Source: a virus
Taxonomy: Duplodnaviria; Caudoviricetes
IMG/VR virus record: IMGVR_UViG_3300032007_000001
Reading direction: 5' to 3' (one strand)
Length of the DNA stretch: 64,000 nt
In this document: positions 9,120 through 18,354 of the stretch, in pieces
Numbering within the stretch: the stretch's first letter is position 1
How the letters are laid out: each line of letters starts with the position of its first letter
Program-made: the position numbers and the translations under genes
Notes under the pieces: generated by a model
What the model was told of the DNA's origin: nothing
The model's input: only the letters and a program-made list of their open reading frames with translations
The model's database searches: none

Positions 9120-9514
9120 TTTTTGATAACATGAGTTTTTGCTTTATCTTTATCAAATATTAAATTATATCCTTTTTTCAAAACCCAATTACTTATGTTT
9201 TTTTGTATATCTGTTACATGATGATTGTGCTGTGTTAAAAGTTCTACATTTTCTAAAAAATCATCTTCATTTTTTCCTGATGTCGACCCTAAATCACAAA
9301 CATGACTAAAATTAAATATTTTATCGCTTACAAATAAAATCGAAATTATATCATCATGATTATAAAATTTTATTCTATGGCCAATTGAATAAAAAAAATC
9401 ATAAAAAATTTCATAAACACAAAAGTATGATACATTATCAATCGTTTGTAAAAAATTATTTTTGAAAACAACATTTTTATTATTAAAATCCAATTTAATC
9501 ACCCATAACAACAA
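9107..9514 (-). CDS. Hypothetical protein, probable paralog of 8730..9119 (ends GM)
   Basis: 135 aa ending IKKCGM. Confidence 0.6.
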   Translation of the reverse strand: MLLWVIKLDFNNKNVVFKNNFLQTIDNVSYFCVYEIFYDFFYSIGHRIKFYNHDDIISILFVSDKIFNFSHVCDLGSTSGKNEDDFLENVELLTQHNHHVTDIQKNISNWVLKKGYNLIFDKDKAKTHVIKKCGM

Positions 9515-9734
9515 ATATAACTATAGCAACAACAGAAATAAAAAACATTTGTTTTGATTGATTTCTAAATCTGAAGCAAGCCTGAGCGACTTTCTTTCCA
9601 ATCTCAGTATTTTTCTTTCTAAAAAACAAATATCCTAAAGCATTAGTTATCCAAAACGAATAACTAACAAATGCCAAAGATACTGCAAATGAATGAATTC
9701 TATTTATATCCAACATTATCATCTCCTTTGTCAT
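9495..9734 (-). CDS. Small two-TM membrane protein
   Basis: Two hydrophobic stretches. Confidence 0.6.
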   Translation of the reverse strand: MTKEMIMLDINRIHSFAVSLAFVSYSFWITNALGYLFFRKKNTEIGKKVAQACFRFRNQSKQMFFISVVAIVIFVVMGD

Positions 9735-9735
9735 T

Positions 9736-9764
9736 ATTATACCATAAAATATGAAAATTGTAAA
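9736..9764 (-). promoter_or_regulatory. Sigma70-like early promoter (extended -10)
   Basis: TTTACA-17-TATAAT with TG. Confidence 0.75.
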
Positions 9765-9795
9765 TAGTTTTAGGTATATTTATAATTAAAGGAAG

Positions 9796-10071
9796 GTGAT
9801 AAATATGTCAGAAATAACAAACATGATTGACGAAAAATTAAAAACCTCTGTATTTGATTTTCTCGCAAAAGAAACGTTACCTACGTTAAAAGAAACGATA
9901 GATAAGTTTGTTGAGAAATTAAAGCAAAAAGCAGAGATATCTAGTGGATGGGTAAAATTCAGAGATGGTTCATTGCTGCCATTCGCAATCAATACATCTT
10001 ATGCAATTATTAAATTGTTAGTCGAAAATGTTATAATCAACTTCACACGGTCAGCTGATATAAAATTGTGA
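9796..10071 (+). CDS. Hypothetical protein
   Basis: 91 aa, AAGGAAGG RBS, GWVKFRDG motif. Confidence 0.65.
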   Translation: MINMSEITNMIDEKLKTSVFDFLAKETLPTLKETIDKFVEKLKQKAEISSGWVKFRDGSLLPFAINTSYAIIKLLVENVIINFTRSADIKL

Positions 10072-10252
10072 TAAAAAATACTGTTTTCTTAAAAACTGTA
10101 AGATCTTAAGATTCAAAAAATCATAATAAAGACAATCATTTTTTGTGATTTTCCAAAATTTTTTATCGCTAATTATTGGATATGCATATAACAATATGCA
10201 ATAAAATGACTTAAATAAAAAGAGAAACAAATCAATGTTTCTCTTAATTTTT

Positions 10253-11632
10253 TTATTTTTCGATTAATTTATATTGAATAGAAATTGGAGTTATATAGCA
10301 ATCAATAAATTTCTTATCATTCAATTCTTCAATTTGTAAAAATTTATTAATTTGATTATTATTAATCAATCTACATATAGATGAAATAATATACTTAAAA
10401 GTATCTTTATCATATAATTTTAATTCATCTAATTTATATGCATATGCTTTGAAAAACAATTCGTTATTATTTGTTAGATTTTCAATTAAGTAATCTTTTG
10501 TTTTTACAATAATATCTTCAATATTAAATTGTTCTGAAGAATTTTGTATTGAACTTGATGCTGTTAATCTAAACGATATTTTATCATCATCAATATTTAG
10601 GTCTTTTAATGTAATATTACCAACCATATATCCCCAACGTTGTGCAATTTCATTAAATTTATTTTTATCAAAATTAAATATTTTTAAGTCAATGAAACTA
10701 TTGATATTATCATTAAAAAAATTTTGAAAAGATATATAAGAATTTTTTAATGAATCAATTGTATAATCATCAAATGTAATATTCGCGAATTTTTTATAAT
10801 AATCAAATGTAATTTCAAATTTCATTGTAAATGTTTTTTCAAATTTTGTTAAAAATGTGCATCTTGGCAATTTGAATTTTAATAAATGTATGTTTTTATA
10901 ATCCCATGCAAAATTATTTGTTAATTCATTTGATTTTTCATGTTCAATTATATTTGCAGAACATGATACAATTATACCATTTCTTGATTCTTCCTCAATA
11001 ACATGCAATGGCATGAACGTATTTTTATCTATTTTATATCCTAAGGTATCTGCTGCTGTAATAAATGAAAACAAATTTAAGTTAATATTATCTTTCATTT
11101 CATTATAAAAATTATAATATGACGATAAATAATTTATAAAACCAACCCAAAGATATATATTTTCTTCTTCAAAGTTTTTTGTTTCTTTTTCAAATGATTC
11201 TCTGGAAATATAAAAATCAATAGTTAGAATTGAAGAATTTATTGTATAATCTGATATACTATGTTTTAAGTTTAATATTGAAAAATCATAAAGCATAAAA
11301 ACATCAGCAAATGTTACATATATAATACAATCAGATTGTATAACAACATTTTTTACTTTTGAAGAAGTTATATCCTTATAACCTTTATCTTTGCACATAA
11401 AACTTACTTTTTCTGAATTAAAATTGAAAAAATTTATTGGATTATCGTAGAAATGCGATGCCATCAACTTAAAATTTTCCCATTCTTTTTCAAATTCACT
11501 TTCATTTATATTTTTTTGTTTTAATGCAAAGAAAAAATTTTCTTTCGTAAGTTCAAAATTAATTTTGCATTTGCGTGGTTGAAAATCTACTTCTATTATG
11601 TTATAATTAAAATCAAAATCATTATAATTCAT
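10253..11632 (-). CDS. Hypothetical protein (459 aa)
   Basis: Long ORF with AAGGAG RBS and promoter; no recognised motif. Confidence 0.75.
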   Translation of the reverse strand: MNYNDFDFNYNIIEVDFQPRKCKINFELTKENFFFALKQKNINESEFEKEWENFKLMASHFYDNPINFFNFNSEKVSFMCKDKGYKDITSSKVKNVVIQSDCIIYVTFADVFMLYDFSILNLKHSISDYTINSSILTIDFYISRESFEKETKNFEEENIYLWVGFINYLSSYYNFYNEMKDNINLNLFSFITAADTLGYKIDKNTFMPLHVIEEESRNGIIVSCSANIIEHEKSNELTNNFAWDYKNIHLLKFKLPRCTFLTKFEKTFTMKFEITFDYYKKFANITFDDYTIDSLKNSYISFQNFFNDNINSFIDLKIFNFDKNKFNEIAQRWGYMVGNITLKDLNIDDDKISFRLTASSSIQNSSEQFNIEDIIVKTKDYLIENLTNNNELFFKAYAYKLDELKLYDKDTFKYIISSICRLINNNQINKFLQIEELNDKKFIDCYITPISIQYKLIEK

Positions 11633-11664
11633 TTATGTGTCTCCTTTCACTATATCATGTATAT

Positions 11665-11693
11665 ATTCTATAACCAAAAAATAATTAAGTAAA
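11665..11693 (-). promoter_or_regulatory. Sigma70-like early promoter
   Basis: TTTACT-17-TAGAAT. Confidence 0.6.
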
Positions 11694-11727
11694 TATTTTT
11701 TTGATATGCTAAAATTTTTTCAGATTC

Positions 11728-14553
11728 TTGGATTATTCATTGATTAAAATAAACGAATGGCGTGTTTTTAGTATGGAAATTATAAATATTCTTACAAAAA
11801 ACGTAATTTCTTGCGATGAAAACAAAGTAATGCATAACATTGCTTATAAACGTAAAAAACAAGTGGTGACTATCTATGATGGCCGCCGTTTCGGCGTTGA
11901 AGAATATGAAGAACATATTAGAAACACCAATTTAATGATAAATACATTAAAGAAAAATTTGACAAAATCGTTTATAAAAGAACAAATAGATTTATTTGAA
12001 AAGAAACTTTTGTTCTTGAATTTGTTATATATTAAGAAGCCAGTAGTTTTCTTAAGATTCGAAAATAACATCAAATATTATTATGAAAACAATGGTTTGG
12101 ATGTAAAAATAACAAAAAGAATGTTTTATGGTAAAAAAGCAGATGAAAAATATCCAAATCGTTTTATAGCGGAGAATATAAAGATAGTTCCGCTTATTTT
12201 CAGTGATTGGTGTCAGGCAATCAATTTCATTAAAGAATGCATATATGAAATCAATGGACATGAAATCAAGGAATTAATTAACGTATATAATGTTATTCAC
12301 GAATTCCCTATTGTCAATACAGAAAAAATTCATCATTGCATTTCAGATAAAATGGACGACAAAGAAAAAAATAATGTATTAAACGATATAGCACATCAGA
12401 TTTTCGGAAGTCACGCATATAATACGCAAGAGATGGATGTTGTTAGAAAAGATGAAATGGTCAAATCAATTGTGCAAATTCCTTTGGATTTTGATATTTC
12501 CATAATCAAAAATAAAAAAGCATATCACATGAAAAATGAAAGACCAAAAAATAAACATAAAGAATCCATTATTGAAAATTTATTGAACAATAAATTCTTT
12601 TTGCCATATTCTATAACAGAAACACACAATGGTGAACAAGCATATATAGCACTAGATAAAAGATATAAGATTTGTGATGAAAATAACGGAAAAATACGTA
12701 AAAGCAATGATTGGCTTACAAAAGAAGGATATAAGAATTTAATAGAAGTGTTGATAGAATTCATAAATAAAAATATAGATAAGCACATAGATTGCAATGT
12801 AAAACATATAACTCAGATTATGCGTCAAGATATGTGTCTGCATTATAAGAAAGACAATAAATCCATAACAATGAATAAAATTGTGTACGTAGCAGAAAAA
12901 GAAGAATGCAATAAATATTCACCGGAAAAATTATTGGATATCATAGAAAAAGAATGCATACATAAAAACCAAATGCTTTTGGCAAAAAAAGCAGCTACAG
13001 CAAAACAGCTTCTTCGCAGAAATTTATTATTAAAAAATTTGATTAAAGACGACAAAAAACAGAAAATAATACGCAAGATAGCAAAAAAACATCGTTCTAT
13101 GGACTGCATAAATAATCTATCACATGATGATTTTCGTCTTCTTGTCGACAGCGTGAGAGAGCATGAAGGATATTCTGACTATCTAACAGATAAATTTATG
13201 TCAAACAAGAAATTAATGGATGAATTGAATAAATTTCCAATAGAATTATACTTAGACAAAAATGAAAACAATGAAATACTAGATAATAACAATTCTTTTT
13301 GCGCACCAATTTCAATATTTAGGAAAAATGAATGCCGTATATTGAGTGATACTGGAAGCAATACCAATGTTAATGTTTTGAATTTATTTGCTGGAATAGC
13401 AAAATTATCAAATAAAGATTTCTTAAAGTTTGTCAGAGAAAGTTTGGATATTAATTATTCCTATGATGGCGAAGGAGAACGTCTAACTCAAACAGCAAAA
13501 AAATTGGATTGGAATATAAAAAGAATTGAAAATGTTCTTAAAAATAGAAAAGGAAAAGAAAAAAAATATTTCACTTTAGCATTAAAATATTTGGATTTCT
13601 TAAAAAATGCAGTTATTGAAAATATTGATTATAGATATAATCAATTGTTCAAAAAAGATTACGTGATAATGAATTATAATTTGCTTAGCGAATTTGTAAA
13701 AACAAAAACAAATAGAAATACAAAATTTCACAATAATGATATTGGTTATATTATCATCAAATCTTTAGCCATGCTTGGAATTATTGAAATATTTAAGGGT
13801 AACAGAGACGTTAAATATATGTTTTCAGGCGGAGCAACCAGTAAACAATGTACTGTATTAAAGTTTAATGAATTATCAGAAAAAACATTAATAGAAAATA
13901 TGAAAAAGATTATTGAAAAAGAAGAAAATGCACATAATAAATCAGTGTCTATTTTTACAAGCACTTTTAAGTTTAAGTTTTTAGAAAAAAAATATGGAGA
14001 ACTGGCAATATCTTGTCAATCTAAATTGGTAAAAGAAAAAATGTTTTCATCATTAGGGTTGGAAGCTAGATATTGCGAAGAAAAAACAGAAATAGACCAA
14101 TTAAATTTATATGAACGAAATATATGTACCAAAATAAGATACATTATTCTTGGTTCTTTTGCCAAACATATTTCTTTTAAGAATATGACAAAAGACCAAT
14201 TAATGCAATTATATAAAACATACCAAACATGGTCTATAAGATGTTTACAATTGAATAATATACGAAATATGTCCATAGCAATAAAAAATATTGCTACTTT
14301 TGTGTATAACATTTTTAGTGAAACTATGCAGGTATTTTTGGATAAAAAAATAAAACCGAAAATTGATTATAGCAATTGGGTATATAAAAGCAATATTGGC
14401 ACAAGAAGTATAAATAAAAACAATTGCAAAAAGATTATAAGAGAATTATATACAAATAAAAAAATAAAGGAATACGACAATTTCATAAAGAATGTTTGCC
14501 CTATTCCTTTGGAATTTACGAAAATACACAATAACTTTGAATTGTGTGTTTAA
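11728..14553 (+). CDS. Large basic protein, possible degenerate AEP/RepB-primase-like replication protein
   Basis: 941 aa; LDFD ... ETHNGEQAY ... QIMR resemble AEP motifs I-III. Confidence 0.45.
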   Translation: MDYSLIKINEWRVFSMEIINILTKNVISCDENKVMHNIAYKRKKQVVTIYDGRRFGVEEYEEHIRNTNLMINTLKKNLTKSFIKEQIDLFEKKLLFLNLLYIKKPVVFLRFENNIKYYYENNGLDVKITKRMFYGKKADEKYPNRFIAENIKIVPLIFSDWCQAINFIKECIYEINGHEIKELINVYNVIHEFPIVNTEKIHHCISDKMDDKEKNNVLNDIAHQIFGSHAYNTQEMDVVRKDEMVKSIVQIPLDFDISIIKNKKAYHMKNERPKNKHKESIIENLLNNKFFLPYSITETHNGEQAYIALDKRYKICDENNGKIRKSNDWLTKEGYKNLIEVLIEFINKNIDKHIDCNVKHITQIMRQDMCLHYKKDNKSITMNKIVYVAEKEECNKYSPEKLLDIIEKECIHKNQMLLAKKAATAKQLLRRNLLLKNLIKDDKKQKIIRKIAKKHRSMDCINNLSHDDFRLLVDSVREHEGYSDYLTDKFMSNKKLMDELNKFPIELYLDKNENNEILDNNNSFCAPISIFRKNECRILSDTGSNTNVNVLNLFAGIAKLSNKDFLKFVRESLDINYSYDGEGERLTQTAKKLDWNIKRIENVLKNRKGKEKKYFTLALKYLDFLKNAVIENIDYRYNQLFKKDYVIMNYNLLSEFVKTKTNRNTKFHNNDIGYIIIKSLAMLGIIEIFKGNRDVKYMFSGGATSKQCTVLKFNELSEKTLIENMKKIIEKEENAHNKSVSIFTSTFKFKFLEKKYGELAISCQSKLVKEKMFSSLGLEARYCEEKTEIDQLNLYERNICTKIRYIILGSFAKHISFKNMTKDQLMQLYKTYQTWSIRCLQLNNIRNMSIAIKNIATFVYNIFSETMQVFLDKKIKPKIDYSNWVYKSNIGTRSINKNNCKKIIRELYTNKKIKEYDNFIKNVCPIPLEFTKIHNNFELCV

Positions 14554-14994
14554 TTATCCGCAAGATGTTTGCGAATCACCGCCGCTGCAACTGCATGAAC
14601 AAGACTAACTCGAACAATTTTGCGTGCAATTCGTTACTGGTGGATTTGGGTCTGAATTTTGTTCAGAAGAATCTATATTGTTTATAAAATTTTTAATTGT
14701 TTCGTCTGTTTTTATTAAGTCGATTATTTGCGATATGGCGTCATCCAATGACACTGGTTCATATCCAAGTGCGTCAACTATTTGATTTTTTGTCAGTTCT
14801 ATATTTTCTGAGTCGATTGATAAATTTTTAAGTATTAATTTTTGCAATCCATTTTTACTAAAAGTGTTTTTACTTAAATTCTTCATATAATATGTCATAT
14901 CTTTTATCTGATTAACTTCAGTTTCAAAATGATATGATTCCAATTCGTTCGTTGACGAATTGGGTAAGTTAAATTTAGATTTTTTTATTGACAT
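14554..14994 (-). CDS. Cys-tailed protein paralog 3; in-frame TAG at 14605-14607 (truncated or read-through)
   Basis: HFETEVNQI / ALGYEP N-terminal domain; frame continues SCSCSCSGGDSQTSCG to TAA at 14554. Confidence 0.75.
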
Positions 14995-15012
14995 ATTTCA
15001 TTCCTCTCGTTT

Positions 15013-15510
15013 TTAATTGTCGTTATCATCATTTGCGCTGCCGCAACTGCAACTACAACTATACGTACAATTCGTTTGCGTCGCTGTACATTGACTGCAT
15101 TCAATTGTATTTTTTATTGAATTACATTGTTTGCATTGTGTTTCTGTGCATTGATTACATTGTAGATATGTTGTTCCGCCTTTTGGTTTATTGTTTTTTA
15201 TGAATTCTTGTATTTCTTGATTTGTTTTTACAATATTGGTTACTTGTGCTTTAATTGTTTCCAATGTTGCCGGTTCATAACCAAGAACATCAATTATTTT
15301 ATTTTTTGATAATGATATATTATTGGAAGTAATTTCCATGTTTTCGGTAACAGAATTTTGCAATTCTTCTTTAGTTGTTATTGTTTTATTTAATTTTTTC
15401 ATATAAGAAGTCATATCTACTATTTGGTCGACTTCTGTTTCAAAATGATGTGGTTCGTATTCATTGGTTGAAGGATTTTGTAAGTAAATTACAGATTTTT
15501 TATTAGCCAT
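15013..15510 (-). CDS. Cys-tailed protein paralog 2
   Basis: HHFETEVDQI domain + CNQC..CKQC..CSQC..CTYSCSCSCGS tail. Confidence 0.85.
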   Translation of the reverse strand: MANKKSVIYLQNPSTNEYEPHHFETEVDQIVDMTSYMKKLNKTITTKEELQNSVTENMEITSNNISLSKNKIIDVLGYEPATLETIKAQVTNIVKTNQEIQEFIKNNKPKGGTTYLQCNQCTETQCKQCNSIKNTIECSQCTATQTNCTYSCSCSCGSANDDNDN

Positions 15511-15528
15511 TTTTCATTCCTCTCATTT

Positions 15529-16020
15529 TTAGCTTCCGCAATTTCCACAACTGCAGCTGCAACTGCATGAATAACTGCATTCCCGATAATTGCAATTATA
15601 ATATGTACAATCTTTACATTGTGTATAAGTACACTGGTTGCAATTTTTGCATTGAACCTGAGTTGCTGCGGCGTTTTCTGGTATTTCGTTTTTAATGTAA
15701 TCCTTAATTTCTTTATTTGTTGTAAATGTATTTATAATATTCGTTTTAATTGTTTCCAATGTTGATGGTTCATTTCCCAAAGCATTTACAATAGTATTTT
15801 TTGAAATTTCAAGGTCTTCAGAATTTGCTTCTATATTTTCCGAAAGTATATCACATAATTCATTTTCATTTTTTACTGTTTTATTCAATTCTTTCATATA
15901 ATCAGTCATATCTGCTATTTGGTCTACTTCAGTTTCGAAATGATGAGTATCAAACCCACTAGCAGAAGAATTTGGTAAATGCATCGTTGATTTTCTATTT
16001 GCCATTTTAATTCCTCTCAC
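15529..16020 (-). CDS. Cys-tailed protein paralog 1
   Basis: HHFETEVDQI domain + CKNCNQC..CKDC..CSYSCSCSCSCGNCGS tail. Confidence 0.85.
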   Translation of the reverse strand: MRGIKMANRKSTMHLPNSSASGFDTHHFETEVDQIADMTDYMKELNKTVKNENELCDILSENIEANSEDLEISKNTIVNALGNEPSTLETIKTNIINTFTTNKEIKDYIKNEIPENAAATQVQCKNCNQCTYTQCKDCTYYNCNYRECSYSCSCSCSCGNCGS

Positions 16021-16083
16021 ATTATTTTTTTAGCTCAATTACTTATTTATAAAATAAATAAGTGAAAAAAGAAAATATATAGG

Positions 16084-16500
16084 GTGATGTTAGTGAATAT
16101 AGATTTTAATGCAAATTATTTTATAGATTTAGATGAATTACATAATAATTTGTTAAATGATTTTTGTATAGAAAATACAGAAAAATGTTTGGATTCGTGT
16201 GAAAATCTTGGAATAGAATTAGGAATGTTTAATGATATATGTAGCATTTTCGAAATGGAAAAAATTGATATTGTGCCATTAGATGAAAGAAAGAATATTA
16301 ATAAAAATGATAAGTATATCGTTGAAACTATGAATTTGGATTTTTATTCAACAAATAAAAATTTTGAAAAAGAATTGAAAAAATTAGCTGAAAAGATGTA
16401 TAAAAAAATAATAGAAAAAATAGAAAATGAAGAAACGAAAGATTTATTTTCTTCATATACACTAAGTGCTATAGATTTATCGTTAATTGAAAAAGAATAA
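16084..16500 (+). CDS. Hypothetical acidic protein
   Basis: 138-aa ORF. Confidence 0.65.
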   Translation: MMLVNIDFNANYFIDLDELHNNLLNDFCIENTEKCLDSCENLGIELGMFNDICSIFEMEKIDIVPLDERKNINKNDKYIVETMNLDFYSTNKNFEKELKKLAEKMYKKIIEKIENEETKDLFSSYTLSAIDLSLIEKE

Positions 16501-16593
16501 TTTCTTTTACCTCATAAAAAACATAATTGTATTTATAATTAAAAAAATAAAAATATTGAATTAATGTATACAATTTATATGAGGTGAAAGAAA
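16501..16593 (+). promoter_or_regulatory. RBS-sequestering inverted repeat
   Basis: TTTCTTTTACCTCATA (16501-16516) pairs with TATGAGGTGAAAGAAA (16578-16593). Confidence 0.5.
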
Positions 16594-16694
16594 TGGAAAA
16601 GAAAAAAACAGAAAAAAAGAAACCAATCGTTGTTGGGTCAATTAAGGTATGGGATATTACTCAAAAGGAAGATAAGAAAAAGACTAACAAATAA
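16593..16694 (+). CDS. Small Lys-rich peptide (33 aa)
   Basis: GAGGTG RBS; MEKKKTEKKKPIVVGSIKVWDITQKEDKKKTNK; terminator overlaps its end. Confidence 0.55.
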   Translation: MEKKKTEKKKPIVVGSIKVWDITQKEDKKKTNK

Positions 16695-16759
16695 AATGTT
16701 AGTCTTTGTTTTTTTATTGTGTTTTCACATTATATATTTATAGAGAAAATAATTAGCGG

Positions 16760-17461
16760 GTGAAAATAATGTCAGTTCTTAGTAAAAAAATGACAATTGG
16801 AGATAAACAGGTTAGTTTTTATACAACTGCAGAAGAAGCTAGTGTATTTGGAGATTGCGGTCCAGCATTAGTAGATGGTGTCCAATGTTATTATCCATTA
16901 GGATTAGGAACATCAAGTGAAACTGGGATTGGATATAAAACTGCTCAAAAAGTGTTGAAAGATGGTAATGAGTATTTTATTCTTACTAAAGCTGAATCTA
17001 GTTCTGGTGAAACTACATATGAATGGACTTATAAATTTATTGTTCCAAATGGTAAATCACAAATTGATAATTTTGCACAAAAACTTGGTTTTAATGGTCC
17101 ATTTGACGAAGACGATTTCTTCGGTCCATATGTAGATGAGTTAGACGATTATGATTATGCAAATCGTAAAATTGAAATTTATTATCTCGGTTCAACGCTT
17201 CAAGATGTTAGTGATTTAAGTACAACAATTGATGAATCGCAAATTAAGAAAACAAACATAATTGATATGTATGGTGAACTTGGATTATCTGTTCCTTATA
17301 TGGCACAAGATGATAGTATAAAAGCAGAATTTACTTCAAAAGTTGAAGCAGCAACTGAATCAAGTATTACATCAATTGACTATGACCCAAGTAGCGACAT
17401 ATTATATTTTGAAGATATTACTCATTCCAATCAGATTTTCTTAATTAGAAAGAAAGCATAA
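16760..17461 (+). CDS. Putative virion protein; C-terminal domain shared with 45674..47686
   Basis: YEWTYKFIVPNGKSQIDNFAQKLG...LGSTLQDV closely similar in both. Confidence 0.7.
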   Translation: MKIMSVLSKKMTIGDKQVSFYTTAEEASVFGDCGPALVDGVQCYYPLGLGTSSETGIGYKTAQKVLKDGNEYFILTKAESSSGETTYEWTYKFIVPNGKSQIDNFAQKLGFNGPFDEDDFFGPYVDELDDYDYANRKIEIYYLGSTLQDVSDLSTTIDESQIKKTNIIDMYGELGLSVPYMAQDDSIKAEFTSKVEAATESSITSIDYDPSSDILYFEDITHSNQIFLIRKKA

Positions 17462-17463
17462 AT

Positions 17464-17489
17464 AAAAAGGAGCTAATTATTAGCTCCTT
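17464..17489. terminator. Bidirectional terminator
   Basis: AAGGAGCTAA/TTAGCTCCTT between convergent genes. Confidence 0.7.
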
Positions 17490-17754
17490 AAATTTTATTG
17501 ATTTTTACGATAACTGACGGGATATTTTGAACAAAATGAGCATCTGTACCTAAATTATCAAATACTTTCTTTATGTCTTTATTCAATATCGTTGCCAAAG
17601 AAATCATATTATCATTTACAGTAACAAAATTTCTTCCACATATAAATACTTTTCCTAAAAATATCTTAAATTGATTTAATGCTTCTTCATAATCATAAAA
17701 AGATTTTGCTTCTATTTTGTCCATATAAGAAAAAATTATAATATATTCATTCAT
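17488..17754 (-). CDS. Hypothetical protein
   Basis: 88 aa, AGGAGG RBS. Confidence 0.65.
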   Translation of the reverse strand: MNEYIIIFSYMDKIEAKSFYDYEEALNQFKIFLGKVFICGRNFVTVNDNMISLATILNKDIKKVFDNLGTDAHFVQNIPSVIVKINKI

Positions 17755-17842
17755 TTTATCTTCCTCCTATTTTAATGTCACTAATATGAAATAACATGAA
17801 TTAATTATTTTATTCAAAACAAATAAAATAATTTTAGAAAGG

Positions 17843-18133
17843 ATGATAAAATTGTTTTTTGTAGCATGCAATTTTGCAGATAAAGATAAAATATCAAAAG
17901 GAACAGTAAAAAACGATAGTATTATGATAAATAATGAAAAATATTTGGTTTTTAATTTACAAAAGCAGATATTTGAACGTGGCAACAGAATAATTTCTTT
18001 AGATAAAAACAAAAAAGAAGCAAATGATAGATTAATCAATTATTTGGAAAACAATAAAAAGAAATTGGAAAAAGAATTAGATATTATTAATATGAATTTA
18101 GAAATGTTGAAAGAAGATGAATGTAATGAATGA
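17843..18133 (+). CDS. Hypothetical protein
   Basis: 96-aa ORF with C-terminal coiled coil. Confidence 0.6.
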   Translation: MIKLFFVACNFADKDKISKGTVKNDSIMINNEKYLVFNLQKQIFERGNRIISLDKNKKEANDRLINYLENNKKKLEKELDIINMNLEMLKEDECNE

Positions 18134-18326
18134 TATTGATGCTGTAGTAATCTTAAAAAAAATAATTAATGAAAAACTTTCTAAAGCAAATCCAGATGAA
18201 ATAAATGCTATAAAATTAGGAATTGAAGCAATTGAAGAAAATAGAAAGTTAAAAGAAAAAATTTGCATGTTGGAAAGAGAAATTAGTTTATCAGATAATA
18301 AAAATATATATTTAATGTCAAAATAA
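18117..18326 (+). CDS. Hypothetical protein
   Basis: 69-aa ORF overlapping the upstream stop. Confidence 0.6.
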   Translation: MNVMNDIDAVVILKKIINEKLSKANPDEINAIKLGIEAIEENRKLKEKICMLEREISLSDNKNIYLMSK

Positions 18327-18349
18327 AAGAGAGGATTAAATCCTCTCTT
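18325..18349. terminator. Repeated bidirectional terminator (GAGAGGATT type, copy 1)
   Basis: GAGAGGATT-A-AATCCTCTC; also at 27961, 32161, 33631. Confidence 0.75.
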
Positions 18350-18354
18350 ATTTT

